From NCBI GenBank assembly GCA_964362545.1, contig CAYIEM010000001.1, positions 17,424 through 81,423 on the forward strand: a stretch of DNA of 64,000 nucleotides, in the 5' to 3' direction. This DNA comes from an uncultured Candidatus Saccharibacteria bacterium (GTDB taxonomy: Bacteria; Patescibacteriota; Minisyncoccia; Phycocordibacterales; UBA9973). Position numbers and translations under genes: made by a program. The notes beneath the pieces are model-generated. The model was not told where the DNA came from. It saw only the letters and a list, made by a program, of their open reading frames with translations, and ran no database searches. Shown here piece by piece: positions 19,277 through 28,229 of the stretch (the first letter of the stretch is position 1; each line of letters starts with the position of its first letter).

Positions 19277-19306
19277 ACTTAGTACTTCGACTACTAAGTA
19301 CTAAGT
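19277..19306. terminator. Hairpin between convergent dapF and gap
   Basis: acttagtactt-N8-aagtactaagt. Confidence 0.55.
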
Positions 19307-20335
19307 AGTTACATCTTGTCCAGTTTTTATAACATGATCCACGAGTGTGTAGGTATACCCCATCTCGTTGTCGTACCAAGCGAGAACTTTTACCAGATTA
19401 CCACCAACTACTCTGGTCATTTCGAGATCCGCAATAGATGCATGCCTGTCTCCAATAATGTCGGAAGAAACAAGCGGGTCTTCTGTAACATCAAATATTT
19501 CTTCCCAACGCGGATCCCTGGCAGCTTCTTTTAGGATCTCATTCACTTCTTCCCTTGTTGTGTTTCTCTTTGAAATAAAAGTAATGTCCACCATTGAACC
19601 GGTAATCATAGGAACTCGTAGAGAAATGCCGTCAAATAGTTGAGCAAGTTTAGGGAGCGCCTTTGTGACAGCAATGGCTGCGCCAGTAGAAGTGGGAACA
19701 ATGTTATGGCCACCCGCTCTTCCCTCTCTGACGTTATGTTTATTTATACTGTCGACAGTTGGCTGGCTGTTGGTAAGAGCATGAGTAGTATTGAGGAGCG
19801 CCTTCTCTATGCCTATTTTCTCATCAAGAATCGCCATCAACGGACTGCTTGCATTGGTAGTGCAAGAAGCGTTCGAAGTGATACTGCAACCAGCCAACTT
19901 GTCTTCATTTACACCCATGAGTATGGTGGCTCCCTGTAAACCCCCTGCGGGCTCATCTTTCATTGGAGCAGTCACTACCACCTTCTTCGCGCCCGCATCG
20001 AGATGAACCTTCGCGCCTGCATAGGTGACAAATATACCAGTCGCTTCCACAACCACATCTATGTCTAAATCTTTCCAAGGCAATTTAGCAGGATCTTTTT
20101 CTGCTATAAATTTAATTTTCTTGCCGTCTATTATTAAATACCCTTCTTCGTGTTTGATATCATTATGCTTCCATTTTCCATAAGCCGTATCGTATTTAAG
20201 TAGGTATGCCATGTTGGCGACATCGCCAAGATCGTTTATCGCTACTATCTCAATCTCAGACCTATCCCATGCAACTTTTAAGAAAGCTCTGCCTATTCTT
20301 CCGAAACCATTTATAGCAACTCGTGTTTTTTTCAT
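19301..20335 (-). CDS. gap: Type I glyceraldehyde-3-phosphate dehydrogenase
   Basis: INGFGRIGR, ASCTTN, WYDNE; start at MKKTRV. Confidence 0.95.
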   Translation of the reverse strand: MKKTRVAINGFGRIGRAFLKVAWDRSEIEIVAINDLGDVANMAYLLKYDTAYGKWKHNDIKHEEGYLIIDGKKIKFIAEKDPAKLPWKDLDIDVVVEATGIFVTYAGAKVHLDAGAKKVVVTAPMKDEPAGGLQGATILMGVNEDKLAGCSITSNASCTTNASSPLMAILDEKIGIEKALLNTTHALTNSQPTVDSINKHNVREGRAGGHNIVPTSTGAAIAVTKALPKLAQLFDGISLRVPMITGSMVDITFISKRNTTREEVNEILKEAARDPRWEEIFDVTEDPLVSSDIIGDRHASIADLEMTRVVGGNLVKVLAWYDNEMGYTYTLVDHVIKTGQDVTT

Positions 20336-20356
20336 ATTTATAATATTATAACAGAG

Positions 20357-23300
20357 ATGACTGAAACACAACAAGAAAAAAAAGTGAACTTCGTACACCT
20401 TCATACCCACAGCCATTATTCCCTTTTAGACGGACTCTCTAAACTTCAGGACTTAGTCAGACTGGCTAAAGAACACAAAATGCCTTCTTTGGCTATCACC
20501 GACCATGGCAATATGTACGGCGCTATTGAATTTTATAAGCTCGCTAAAAAAGAAGGGGTCAAGCCAATCATCGGAGTGGAGGCATATATGACCGCCGGCT
20601 CTCGTAAAGACAGAACCACCGAGGCGGGAGGAAGCAAGCGCTACTACCACCTTACTTTGCTTGCGAAAAATTTAGAGGGATATAAAAATTTAATAAAACT
20701 TGTAACCTTGGCGAACCTCGAAGGATATTACTACAAACCAAGAATGGATAAAGAAATATTGCGAAGGTACAGCGGCGGTATTATAGCGCTGTCAGGATGT
20801 CTTGGAGGTGAACTTTCGCAGAGCGTGTTGAATAACAATGAAGCCAAAGCGGAGAAAATAATAGAAGAATATCAAGAAATTTTTGGCAAAGAAAATTATT
20901 TCATAGAAATACAATGCCATCCATCTGTGGAAAATGATAAGCGAGTACGCGACACATTAGTGGGACTCGCCAAGAAACACGACATTATGATCGTGGCTAC
21001 CCAAGACTCTCACTATCCGTGCGAGGGTGACCATGACGCGCACCATACCTTACTTCAGATAAATACTCAGGGTGACGGAAAGGAAGCTTCAAAGTTTGAA
21101 TTCTCGGATGACGACTTTTCCCTGATCAGTACAGAAAAGGCGCTTGAGGCTTTTAAAGATCATCCAGAAGCAGTCGCCAATACGGAAAAGATCGCCGATA
21201 TGTGCAATCTCGAATTAGAACTCAAAAAATGGGTGTTTCCCGATATCAAAATCGAGGAAGGAAAAACTTACGATGAAAAATTACGCGAGCTTGCTTATGC
21301 CGGTTTCGAAAATTTGCATATAGAAAAAACGCCCGAAATTACAAAGCGCGTGGAGTACGAACTTACAATTATTTTCAATAAAGGCTATTCGCCGTACTTT
21401 TTGGTGGTAAGTGACCTTTTGCGTCATGCCAAGGAAAACGGTATCCTGACCGCGATCAGAGGCTCGGTCGCCGGGTCAATGGTAACCTATCTCATCGGCA
21501 TCACCAACATAAACCCGATAGAATATAAAATACCTTTTGAAAGATTCTTGAATCCATATCGGCCTTCCGCGCCTGATATTGATATGGATTTTGCCGATGA
21601 CAGAAGAGATGAAATGATTGAGTACGTCAAAAGAAAATATGGTGAAGACAAGGTGGCGCAAGTCGGAACCTTCGGTACGATGATGGCACGTGGCTCAGTA
21701 AGAGATGTCTCTCGCGCGTTAGGATACCCTTACACTGTCGGCGACAGGCTGTCGAAAATGATTCCAATGGGTTCACAGGGCATGCCGATGACCATAGAAC
21801 ACGCGATGGAGATTATCCCGGAATTAAAAGACGCCTACAAAAATGAAAAAGATACCAAAAAAATAATCGACTTGGCAAAAAAACTGGAAGGGTGTGTAAG
21901 GCACATTTCAGTACACGCGGCCGGGGTCGTTATTTCTCCAACCCCGCTAACTGATTTCACACCTCTTCAATACGATCCAAAAGGCGAGAAAAAAATAATA
22001 ACTCAATACGATATGTATTCATTAGACCCAGATTATGGCGGGGGTGCAGGACTGTTAAAATTTGATTTTCTGGGTATTAGAAACTTAGCTATTTTGGCAG
22101 ATGCAGTAAATTTAGTTAAAAAATTCTACAATATAGACATAGACCTGGAACATATTCCCCTCGATGATAAAAAAACTTTCGCGTTACTCGCAAGCGGACA
22201 AACGGAGGGACTTTTCCAATTGAATGGCGCCGGCATGACTAGATACTTAAAAGAATTGAAGCCATCGTCTATTCATGACATAAATGCAATGGTCGCTCTA
22301 TATCGCCCGGGACCGATGGAATCAATTCCGGAATATATAAAACGCAAGCATAATCCGAAATTAGTAAAATATTTAGACCCAAGGATGAAAAAATTCTTGA
22401 GCGAATCGTATGGACTCATTGTCTACCAAGACGACCTGCTCTACTGCGTTCTTGAAATGGCAGGATACACATGGGAAGAAGCTGATAAATTCCGCAAGGC
22501 CGTCGGAAAGAAAATACCAGCTGAGATGGCAGCCCAATATAAGAAATTCACTAAAGGAATCGTAGCGAACGGACAAACTCCCGAATTCGCTGAAAAACTC
22601 TGGAAACTCTTCGAACCATTCCAAGCTTATGGTTTCAATAAAGCGCATGCGGCCTCTTACGGCAGAGTCGCTTATCAAACAGCTTATATGAAAGCAAATT
22701 ATCCTGTCGAATATATGGCTGCCATACTCACCGCCGAATCAGGCGACGTTGAAAAAATATCTGAAATAATCAACGAATGTAAAAACATGAATATCCCTGT
22801 CCTTCCTCCGAATATAAACGAAAGCTACGGGGGATTCACCTGCCTGGGAGACAAAGATGAAGCAATAGACACAAATAATAAAAGCAAAAAAATAAGATTC
22901 GGATTTTATACGATAAAAAATCTGGGAACTGATATCGGGGATGCTATCATTGCTGAAAGAAAGAAAAACGGAAAATTTAAATCCATTACGGATTTTCTGG
23001 ATAGAGTCAAGCATAAAAATTTAAACAAAAAATCCATGGAAGCATTGATCAAGTCTGGTAGCATGGATGAATGGGGCGATCGAGGAACCCTTCTTTTTAA
23101 TCTCGAAGAAATGCTTCTGTACAATAAGGAATCGTCGAATAAAAATGAAAATCAAACTTCTCTTTTCGGAGAATTGCCGGATTCGAGTGTTTCCATATTT
23201 CAAATGAAGAATTCCGCGCCGGCCACGGTAGCTGAAAAATTACTTTGGGAAAAAGAACTCTTGGGACTATACATTTCCGGCCATCCGCTAGACCGACTGC

Positions 23301-23605
23301 GCGAAAAATTAGAAAGTCGCGAAATGAATATTAAAAAAATAAAGGAAGAAGTGGGCAATGGCATACCCGTGACCATCGCCGGCATAATAGAGACAGCGAG
23401 AGTTATTATTACCAAAGGTAATGAACAAATGGCATTCCTGAAAATTACCGACCTCACCGGCACGATTGAGGCCGTAGTTTTCCCTAGCATTTTCAAGGAA
23501 TCTAGCGAAATTCTAGTACCTGAAAAATGCATCGCTCTTTCTGGCAAAATCTCCTTGCGCAATGGCGAAAAAAGTATCATAATAGAGGGATTAAAAGAGG
23601 TATAG
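20357..23605 (+). CDS. dnaE: DNA polymerase III alpha subunit
   Basis: HLHTHSHYSLLDG PHP domain, RGS, PDIDMD, KFDFLG, FNKAHA. Confidence 0.97.
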   Translation: MTETQQEKKVNFVHLHTHSHYSLLDGLSKLQDLVRLAKEHKMPSLAITDHGNMYGAIEFYKLAKKEGVKPIIGVEAYMTAGSRKDRTTEAGGSKRYYHLTLLAKNLEGYKNLIKLVTLANLEGYYYKPRMDKEILRRYSGGIIALSGCLGGELSQSVLNNNEAKAEKIIEEYQEIFGKENYFIEIQCHPSVENDKRVRDTLVGLAKKHDIMIVATQDSHYPCEGDHDAHHTLLQINTQGDGKEASKFEFSDDDFSLISTEKALEAFKDHPEAVANTEKIADMCNLELELKKWVFPDIKIEEGKTYDEKLRELAYAGFENLHIEKTPEITKRVEYELTIIFNKGYSPYFLVVSDLLRHAKENGILTAIRGSVAGSMVTYLIGITNINPIEYKIPFERFLNPYRPSAPDIDMDFADDRRDEMIEYVKRKYGEDKVAQVGTFGTMMARGSVRDVSRALGYPYTVGDRLSKMIPMGSQGMPMTIEHAMEIIPELKDAYKNEKDTKKIIDLAKKLEGCVRHISVHAAGVVISPTPLTDFTPLQYDPKGEKKIITQYDMYSLDPDYGGGAGLLKFDFLGIRNLAILADAVNLVKKFYNIDIDLEHIPLDDKKTFALLASGQTEGLFQLNGAGMTRYLKELKPSSIHDINAMVALYRPGPMESIPEYIKRKHNPKLVKYLDPRMKKFLSESYGLIVYQDDLLYCVLEMAGYTWEEADKFRKAVGKKIPAEMAAQYKKFTKGIVANGQTPEFAEKLWKLFEPFQAYGFNKAHAASYGRVAYQTAYMKANYPVEYMAAILTAESGDVEKISEIINECKNMNIPVLPPNINESYGGFTCLGDKDEAIDTNNKSKKIRFGFYTIKNLGTDIGDAIIAERKKNGKFKSITDFLDRVKHKNLNKKSMEALIKSGSMDEWGDRGTLLFNLEEMLLYNKESSNKNENQTSLFGELPDSSVSIFQMKNSAPATVAEKLLWEKELLGLYISGHPLDRLREKLESREMNIKKIKEEVGNGIPVTIAGIIETARVIITKGNEQMAFLKITDLTGTIEAVVFPSIFKESSEILVPEKCIALSGKISLRNGEKSIIIEGLKEV

Positions 23606-23614
23606 GTTAAAAAT

Positions 23615-23800
23615 ATGAAAGAAGATACCCCAAAAGAAAGAACCCGGAAAGAACTAGCGGAAAGTATACAACGAAAACGTGCATCAGGAGAATCTTTAGA
23701 TCTAGAAGAACAGGCCCTCGTTGAAGACGAACAAGAAGCGGATAGACGCGATTTAAACGACCCTTATCCTAGACACAAAAGAAAAAAGGAGTTTAGTTAA
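23615..23800 (+). CDS. Small hypothetical protein
   Basis: 61-aa charged ORF filling the gap after dnaE. Confidence 0.5.
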   Translation: MKEDTPKERTRKELAESIQRKRASGESLDLEEQALVEDEQEADRRDLNDPYPRHKRKKEFS

Positions 23801-24320
23801 ACAAACTCATCGCTTTGTCTTTGCCTTCAGTAAAAATAGTTTCTATAGCTTCGGCGACCTTTTTTGAAAGCTTTTTAAGAGTTTCGAGTTCGGGCTTTTT
23901 AAATTCACCCAACAGAAAATTCAGCACCGCTTTCTCCCCTTTTGGCTTTCGCAACTTGCCTCCCGGCGTTTCCGGAGATATACCTATCCTAATGCGCAAG
24001 AACTCTTCGGATTTTAGCGCCTTGATGATAGAACCGAGACCATTGTGTCCACCAGAGGAACGATTGAAAGAAATTTTTGTTTTGCCTAAAGGTAAATCAA
24101 TGTCGTCATAAATAACAACAAAATCTTTCAAATCTTTTTTGGATTTAACGAGTGGGGCGACTGCCTTACCGGAATTATTCATAAAGGTATCGGGGGTGAC
24201 AAATTTGACCTTGACGTTTTTTATCTTATCCTCAATCATACCGACTAAAATACGCCCAGTATTGTGTCTGGTATTTTTATATTCTTCGCCTGGATTGCCC
24301 AATCCCACTACTAGTTTCAT
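23793..24320 (-). CDS. pth: Peptidyl-tRNA hydrolase
   Basis: GLGNPG...TRHN.G, FMNNSG, GGHNG. Confidence 0.95.
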   Translation of the reverse strand: MKLVVGLGNPGEEYKNTRHNTGRILVGMIEDKIKNVKVKFVTPDTFMNNSGKAVAPLVKSKKDLKDFVVIYDDIDLPLGKTKISFNRSSGGHNGLGSIIKALKSEEFLRIRIGISPETPGGKLRKPKGEKAVLNFLLGEFKKPELETLKKLSKKVAEAIETIFTEGKDKAMSLFN

Positions 24321-24343
24321 TTTTACATCATAGCAAAAATCTG

Positions 24344-24369
24344 TAATTCTTAATTCTTAATTCTTAATT
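24344..24369. repeat. Heptamer tandem repeat (TAATTCT)x3.7
   Basis: taattct taattct taattct taatt between divergent pth and lepB. Confidence 0.8.
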
Positions 24370-24421
24370 AGACAATGAGGTAATGCATTGTGTCAATATC
24401 TTTCTATGCTAGAATGTAACG

Positions 24422-25030
24422 ATGGAAGAAGAAATAAAACAAACGGACGGTACTTTAAGTGGAGCTACGGAAAATGTCGAAAAATCTGCCAAGCAGTCCT
24501 TTTGGGAAATTGTGCGTTTTGCGCTCCTGGCTATAGTCATAGTAGTCCCTATAAGGATGTTCATCGCGCAGCCCTTTGTGGTCTCCGGATCTTCTATGGT
24601 ACCAACGTTTGAAGACGGACAATATCTAATAATAGATGAAATATCATACAGACTAAACGACCCACAAAGAGAAGATGTTGTTGTCTTCCGATACCCAAAT
24701 GACACAAAAAAATTCTTCATTAAAAGAATTATTGGGTTGCCTGATGAAATTATTGATATAAAAGGTAGTTCTATTACCGTCACAAACAAAGAACATCCGA
24801 ATGGGCTGAAGCTGGAACAGCCTTATGTCAAAAATACTACAGAAAACAATATACACTTCGAATTAAAAAGTGATGAATATTTTGTGATGGGCGACAACAG
24901 GCCTGCCAGTTCAGATTCCAGATACTGGGGCGCAGTGCCAAGAAAACTTCTAGTTGGAAAGGCCTTTCTAAGACTATTGCCTGTAAACAGAATAAACTTA
25001 TTCCCTGGCAGTTATAAACAAGCAGAATAA
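24422..25030 (+). CDS. lepB: Signal peptidase I
   Basis: GSSMVPT, IKRIIGLP, GDNR..S.DSR. Confidence 0.95.
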   Translation: MEEEIKQTDGTLSGATENVEKSAKQSFWEIVRFALLAIVIVVPIRMFIAQPFVVSGSSMVPTFEDGQYLIIDEISYRLNDPQREDVVVFRYPNDTKKFFIKRIIGLPDEIIDIKGSSITVTNKEHPNGLKLEQPYVKNTTENNIHFELKSDEYFVMGDNRPASSDSRYWGAVPRKLLVGKAFLRLLPVNRINLFPGSYKQAE

Positions 25031-25034
25031 AAAC

Positions 25035-26339
25035 ATGAAAAAAATAAAACAAAATGCAGCTAAAGTTAAAAACATTTCTTCGCCCAGAGGAATGCGAGAT
25101 TTGATGAACGAAGAATATTACAATTTTCAGGGATTCTTCGAAAAAGCGCAAGAAGTGGCAGTGTATTATGGTTTTAAACCAATTTCAACTCACATACTGG
25201 AAAATGAAGATATCTTTACCTCTAGTATAGGCGAAGGCACAGACATAGTGGACAAAGAAATGTACACATTAAAGACAAAAGGCGGAGACCATTTAGCACT
25301 ATCACCAGAACACACCGCGCCAGTAGTACGAGCCTACATAGAGCACGGAATGCAAAACATGCCCCAACCGGTAATGCTTTATCACTATGGCCCTGTCTTT
25401 AGACATGACAATCCTCAACGCGGACGCTATAGACAATTTTGGCAGTTTGATGCTGATGTGTTGGGAAGTGACAAAAGTATTATGGATGCAATGGTGATAA
25501 AAACTTGCATGAGCATACTCGAAGAAGCTGGTTCCGAAAATCTTTCCGTTGACATTAATTCAATCGGTGATAAGGAATGTAGAAACATTTACGTAAAAGA
25601 GCTCGCAAGTTATTACAGGAAACACATCAATGAATTAGCCCATATAGACCGCGAACGTCTTAAAACCAATCCTCTCCGGATTCTAGATTCGAAAGAAGAA
25701 AAAACACAGGAAATAAACGAGGGTGCACCTGAGGCCATAAGTTTCCTTTGCACTTCTTGCAAAAAACACTTCAAGGAAGTGTTGGAGTATCTGGAAGAGA
25801 TGAACATTGGATATAATATAAATAAAAATCTGGTAAGAGGACTTTCATATTACACCCGCACCGTCTTTGAAATATCAGAACAAGGAGGCGGAGACGACGG
25901 AAAACCTTTGGCGCTTGCGGGAGGCGGACGATACGATTATCTGGCACGTCAAATAGGCGGTAAAAAAGACGTGCCTGCGGTGGGCTTCTCTATCGGAGTA
26001 GACCGAATCATCGCATCTCCTTGGTATAAAAAAATCGCTCCTCGCATATTGAAAAAACCAAAAATTTATTTCATCCAGCTTGGCTCTGAAGCCAAATTAA
26101 AAAGTTTGAATATCATCGAAATCCTCCGCAAAGCGCATGTGCCCATCGCCCAATCGCTCTCCAAAGACAGTCTCGGCTCTCAGTTGGCCATCGCGGAAAA
26201 ACTGGGAGTCCCTTATGCTCTTATTTTCGGCGTGAAGGAAGCGCTGGAAGATTCAGTGATAGTCCGCGACATGTCCAATCGATCTCAGGAAACAGTGAAA
26301 TTGAAAAAACTTTTAGATTACCTGAAGGAAATTAAATAG
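25035..26339 (+). CDS. hisS: Histidine--tRNA ligase
   Basis: PRGMRD, RGRYRQF, LVRGLSYY, GGGRYD. Confidence 0.96.
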   Translation: MKKIKQNAAKVKNISSPRGMRDLMNEEYYNFQGFFEKAQEVAVYYGFKPISTHILENEDIFTSSIGEGTDIVDKEMYTLKTKGGDHLALSPEHTAPVVRAYIEHGMQNMPQPVMLYHYGPVFRHDNPQRGRYRQFWQFDADVLGSDKSIMDAMVIKTCMSILEEAGSENLSVDINSIGDKECRNIYVKELASYYRKHINELAHIDRERLKTNPLRILDSKEEKTQEINEGAPEAISFLCTSCKKHFKEVLEYLEEMNIGYNINKNLVRGLSYYTRTVFEISEQGGGDDGKPLALAGGGRYDYLARQIGGKKDVPAVGFSIGVDRIIASPWYKKIAPRILKKPKIYFIQLGSEAKLKSLNIIEILRKAHVPIAQSLSKDSLGSQLAIAEKLGVPYALIFGVKEALEDSVIVRDMSNRSQETVKLKKLLDYLKEIK

Positions 26340-26354
26340 ACGAACAAAACAAGA

Positions 26355-26915
26355 ATGACAAAGATAGTTCAAAAAGAAGATAACATCTTACGTCAGATCG
26401 CCAAAGAGATCCCCGTGAACAAAATAGCGACTCTTGGAACAAGAAGGGTCTTGAAAGAAATGTCCTTAGCGCTCAAAAGCCAGGACGATGGAGTAGCCAT
26501 AGCCGCGCCGCAAGTAGGATACTCCCTGTCTGTTTTTATTGTTTCCGGAAAAATATTTGACAAAGATTTTGTCACTAATCGAAAAGAGAGATTCTCTAGA
26601 GAGAAGGCTGTAGATGACGTTGAGAAAACAGAAGAAAAAACAAAAAATATTGTATTTATAAATCCGAAAATTTCAAAACTATCCAAAGAGAAATATTGGG
26701 TTCCGGAGGGGTGCCTGTCCGTCAGGTGGCTATATGGTAAAACTTATCGATCAAAAAAGGCGACAATCACAGCCTACGATGAAAACGGCAAGAAATTCCA
26801 GCGAGGCGCATCAGAATTACTTGCTCAGATTTTTCAGCACGAGACTGATCATCTAAAAGGGATACTCTTCACCGACCACGCCAAAGATATTAAGGAAGAA
26901 TTACCACAGAAATAA
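26355..26915 (+). CDS. def: Peptide deformylase
   Basis: GVAIAAPQVG, EGCLS, QHETDH. Confidence 0.95.
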   Translation: MTKIVQKEDNILRQIAKEIPVNKIATLGTRRVLKEMSLALKSQDDGVAIAAPQVGYSLSVFIVSGKIFDKDFVTNRKERFSREKAVDDVEKTEEKTKNIVFINPKISKLSKEKYWVPEGCLSVRWLYGKTYRSKKATITAYDENGKKFQRGASELLAQIFQHETDHLKGILFTDHAKDIKEELPQK

Positions 26916-26928
26916 ATACTAAAAAAAT

Positions 26929-27786
26929 ATGCAGTATGGCCAAGATAAAAAACTCAATTTCGCATTCTGGGGTACTCCAGATGTAGCGGCGGAAACCTTA
27001 GAGATTCTGAAAAGAAACGGTTATTTACCGTCTCTTGTTATCACTTCCCCTGATAAACCGCAGGGGCGGAAAATGATAGTTACTCCCACGCCCGTAAAAG
27101 TTTGGGCGATTGAGAATAATGTTCCATATTTGCAACCAGAGAAGTTAGAGCAAGAAGAAATCTGGAGTGTTTTGAGAACTCATAACCCTCTTCTCTTCTT
27201 GGTAGTCGCCTACGGGAAAATAATCCCAGAGAAAATAATCAATTTGCCCAAGTTGGGTTCTATCAATATTCACTATTCTCTGTTACCGAAATATCGCGGA
27301 GCTTCCCCAGTAGAAAGCGCTATCTTAAGTGGCGATGAAGAAACAGGAGTTACTATCCAAAAAATGGAATACAAAATGGACACTGGCCCTGTGGTGGCAG
27401 AAGAAAAAGTGGAAATAGGGCCGGATGAAAAAGCAACAGATTTGCGTAAGCGCTTAATAAAAATAGGAGGAGAACTTTTAGTAAAAACCTTGCCAGACTT
27501 TATGAATGGAAAAGTAACTCCAATACCACAAGACGAGAATCTAGCCACCTACTGCAAAAAAATAAAAAAAGAAGACGGGCTTGTCGACTTGGCGACCGAA
27601 CCGCCAAGCACGCTGTACAACAAATTTCGCGCCTATGCCACTTGGCCCAGAACCTATTTTTTCCAAAACGGCAAACGAATAATCATAACCGACGCTACAT
27701 TAGAAAACGGACAATTTGTAATCAAAAAAGTCTTACCTGAAGGAAAGAAGGAAATAAGCTGGAAAGAGTTTTCCAGACAAGGTTAA
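26929..27786 (+). CDS. fmt: Methionyl-tRNA formyltransferase
   Basis: GTPD, VAYG, NIHYSLLPKYRGASP, MDTG. Confidence 0.94.
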   Translation: MQYGQDKKLNFAFWGTPDVAAETLEILKRNGYLPSLVITSPDKPQGRKMIVTPTPVKVWAIENNVPYLQPEKLEQEEIWSVLRTHNPLLFLVVAYGKIIPEKIINLPKLGSINIHYSLLPKYRGASPVESAILSGDEETGVTIQKMEYKMDTGPVVAEEKVEIGPDEKATDLRKRLIKIGGELLVKTLPDFMNGKVTPIPQDENLATYCKKIKKEDGLVDLATEPPSTLYNKFRAYATWPRTYFFQNGKRIIITDATLENGQFVIKKVLPEGKKEISWKEFSRQG

Positions 27787-27798
27787 ACCTTGTCTGGA
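27772..27798. repeat. Dispersed REP copy supplying the fmt stop codon
   Basis: tccagacaaggttaaaccttgtctgga; 19-bp core identical to the RAYT-flanking palindrome. Confidence 0.9.
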
Positions 27799-28194
27799 TT
27801 AGTATTTCGACGTAAACGGATTCCTTTTGGAAAGCCCTTTCAGCATTTTTTTGACACTGCGCGCCCCACGAACAAACATGGTGTTGCTACGTTCTTTATA
27901 CCTCCTGATTTCCTCATAAAGATTCTCTCTGATTTCATCGATCGCTTGATATAAGTCCTCCTTATCAGAACTAGAATAAAATTCTTTACCATTGATGTTA
28001 ATCAGGCAATCCGAATGAAAAACCGCACCTGACTTGTGGTGGTTAGTGTTTTTACCGAGTTCGAAATTTACCAACACCTCTCCCTCCCCCTCCAGAGTGG
28101 AAAGTAATTTTTCTAGATTGGTAACTTTTTTCAAAACATAATCTTTAATAGCACCTGTAAGTTCAATATTTTTACCCTGTAAATTTATTTTCAT
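27799..28194 (-). CDS. raiA: Ribosome hibernation factor HPF/RaiA
   Basis: MKINLQGKNIELT.AIKDYV..K, DLYQAID. Confidence 0.9.
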   Translation of the reverse strand: MKINLQGKNIELTGAIKDYVLKKVTNLEKLLSTLEGEGEVLVNFELGKNTNHHKSGAVFHSDCLININGKEFYSSSDKEDLYQAIDEIRENLYEEIRRYKERSNTMFVRGARSVKKMLKGLSKRNPFTSKY

Positions 28195-28229
28195 GTCGTT
28201 ATTATATCATAAAAAATTCTAATAATTAA

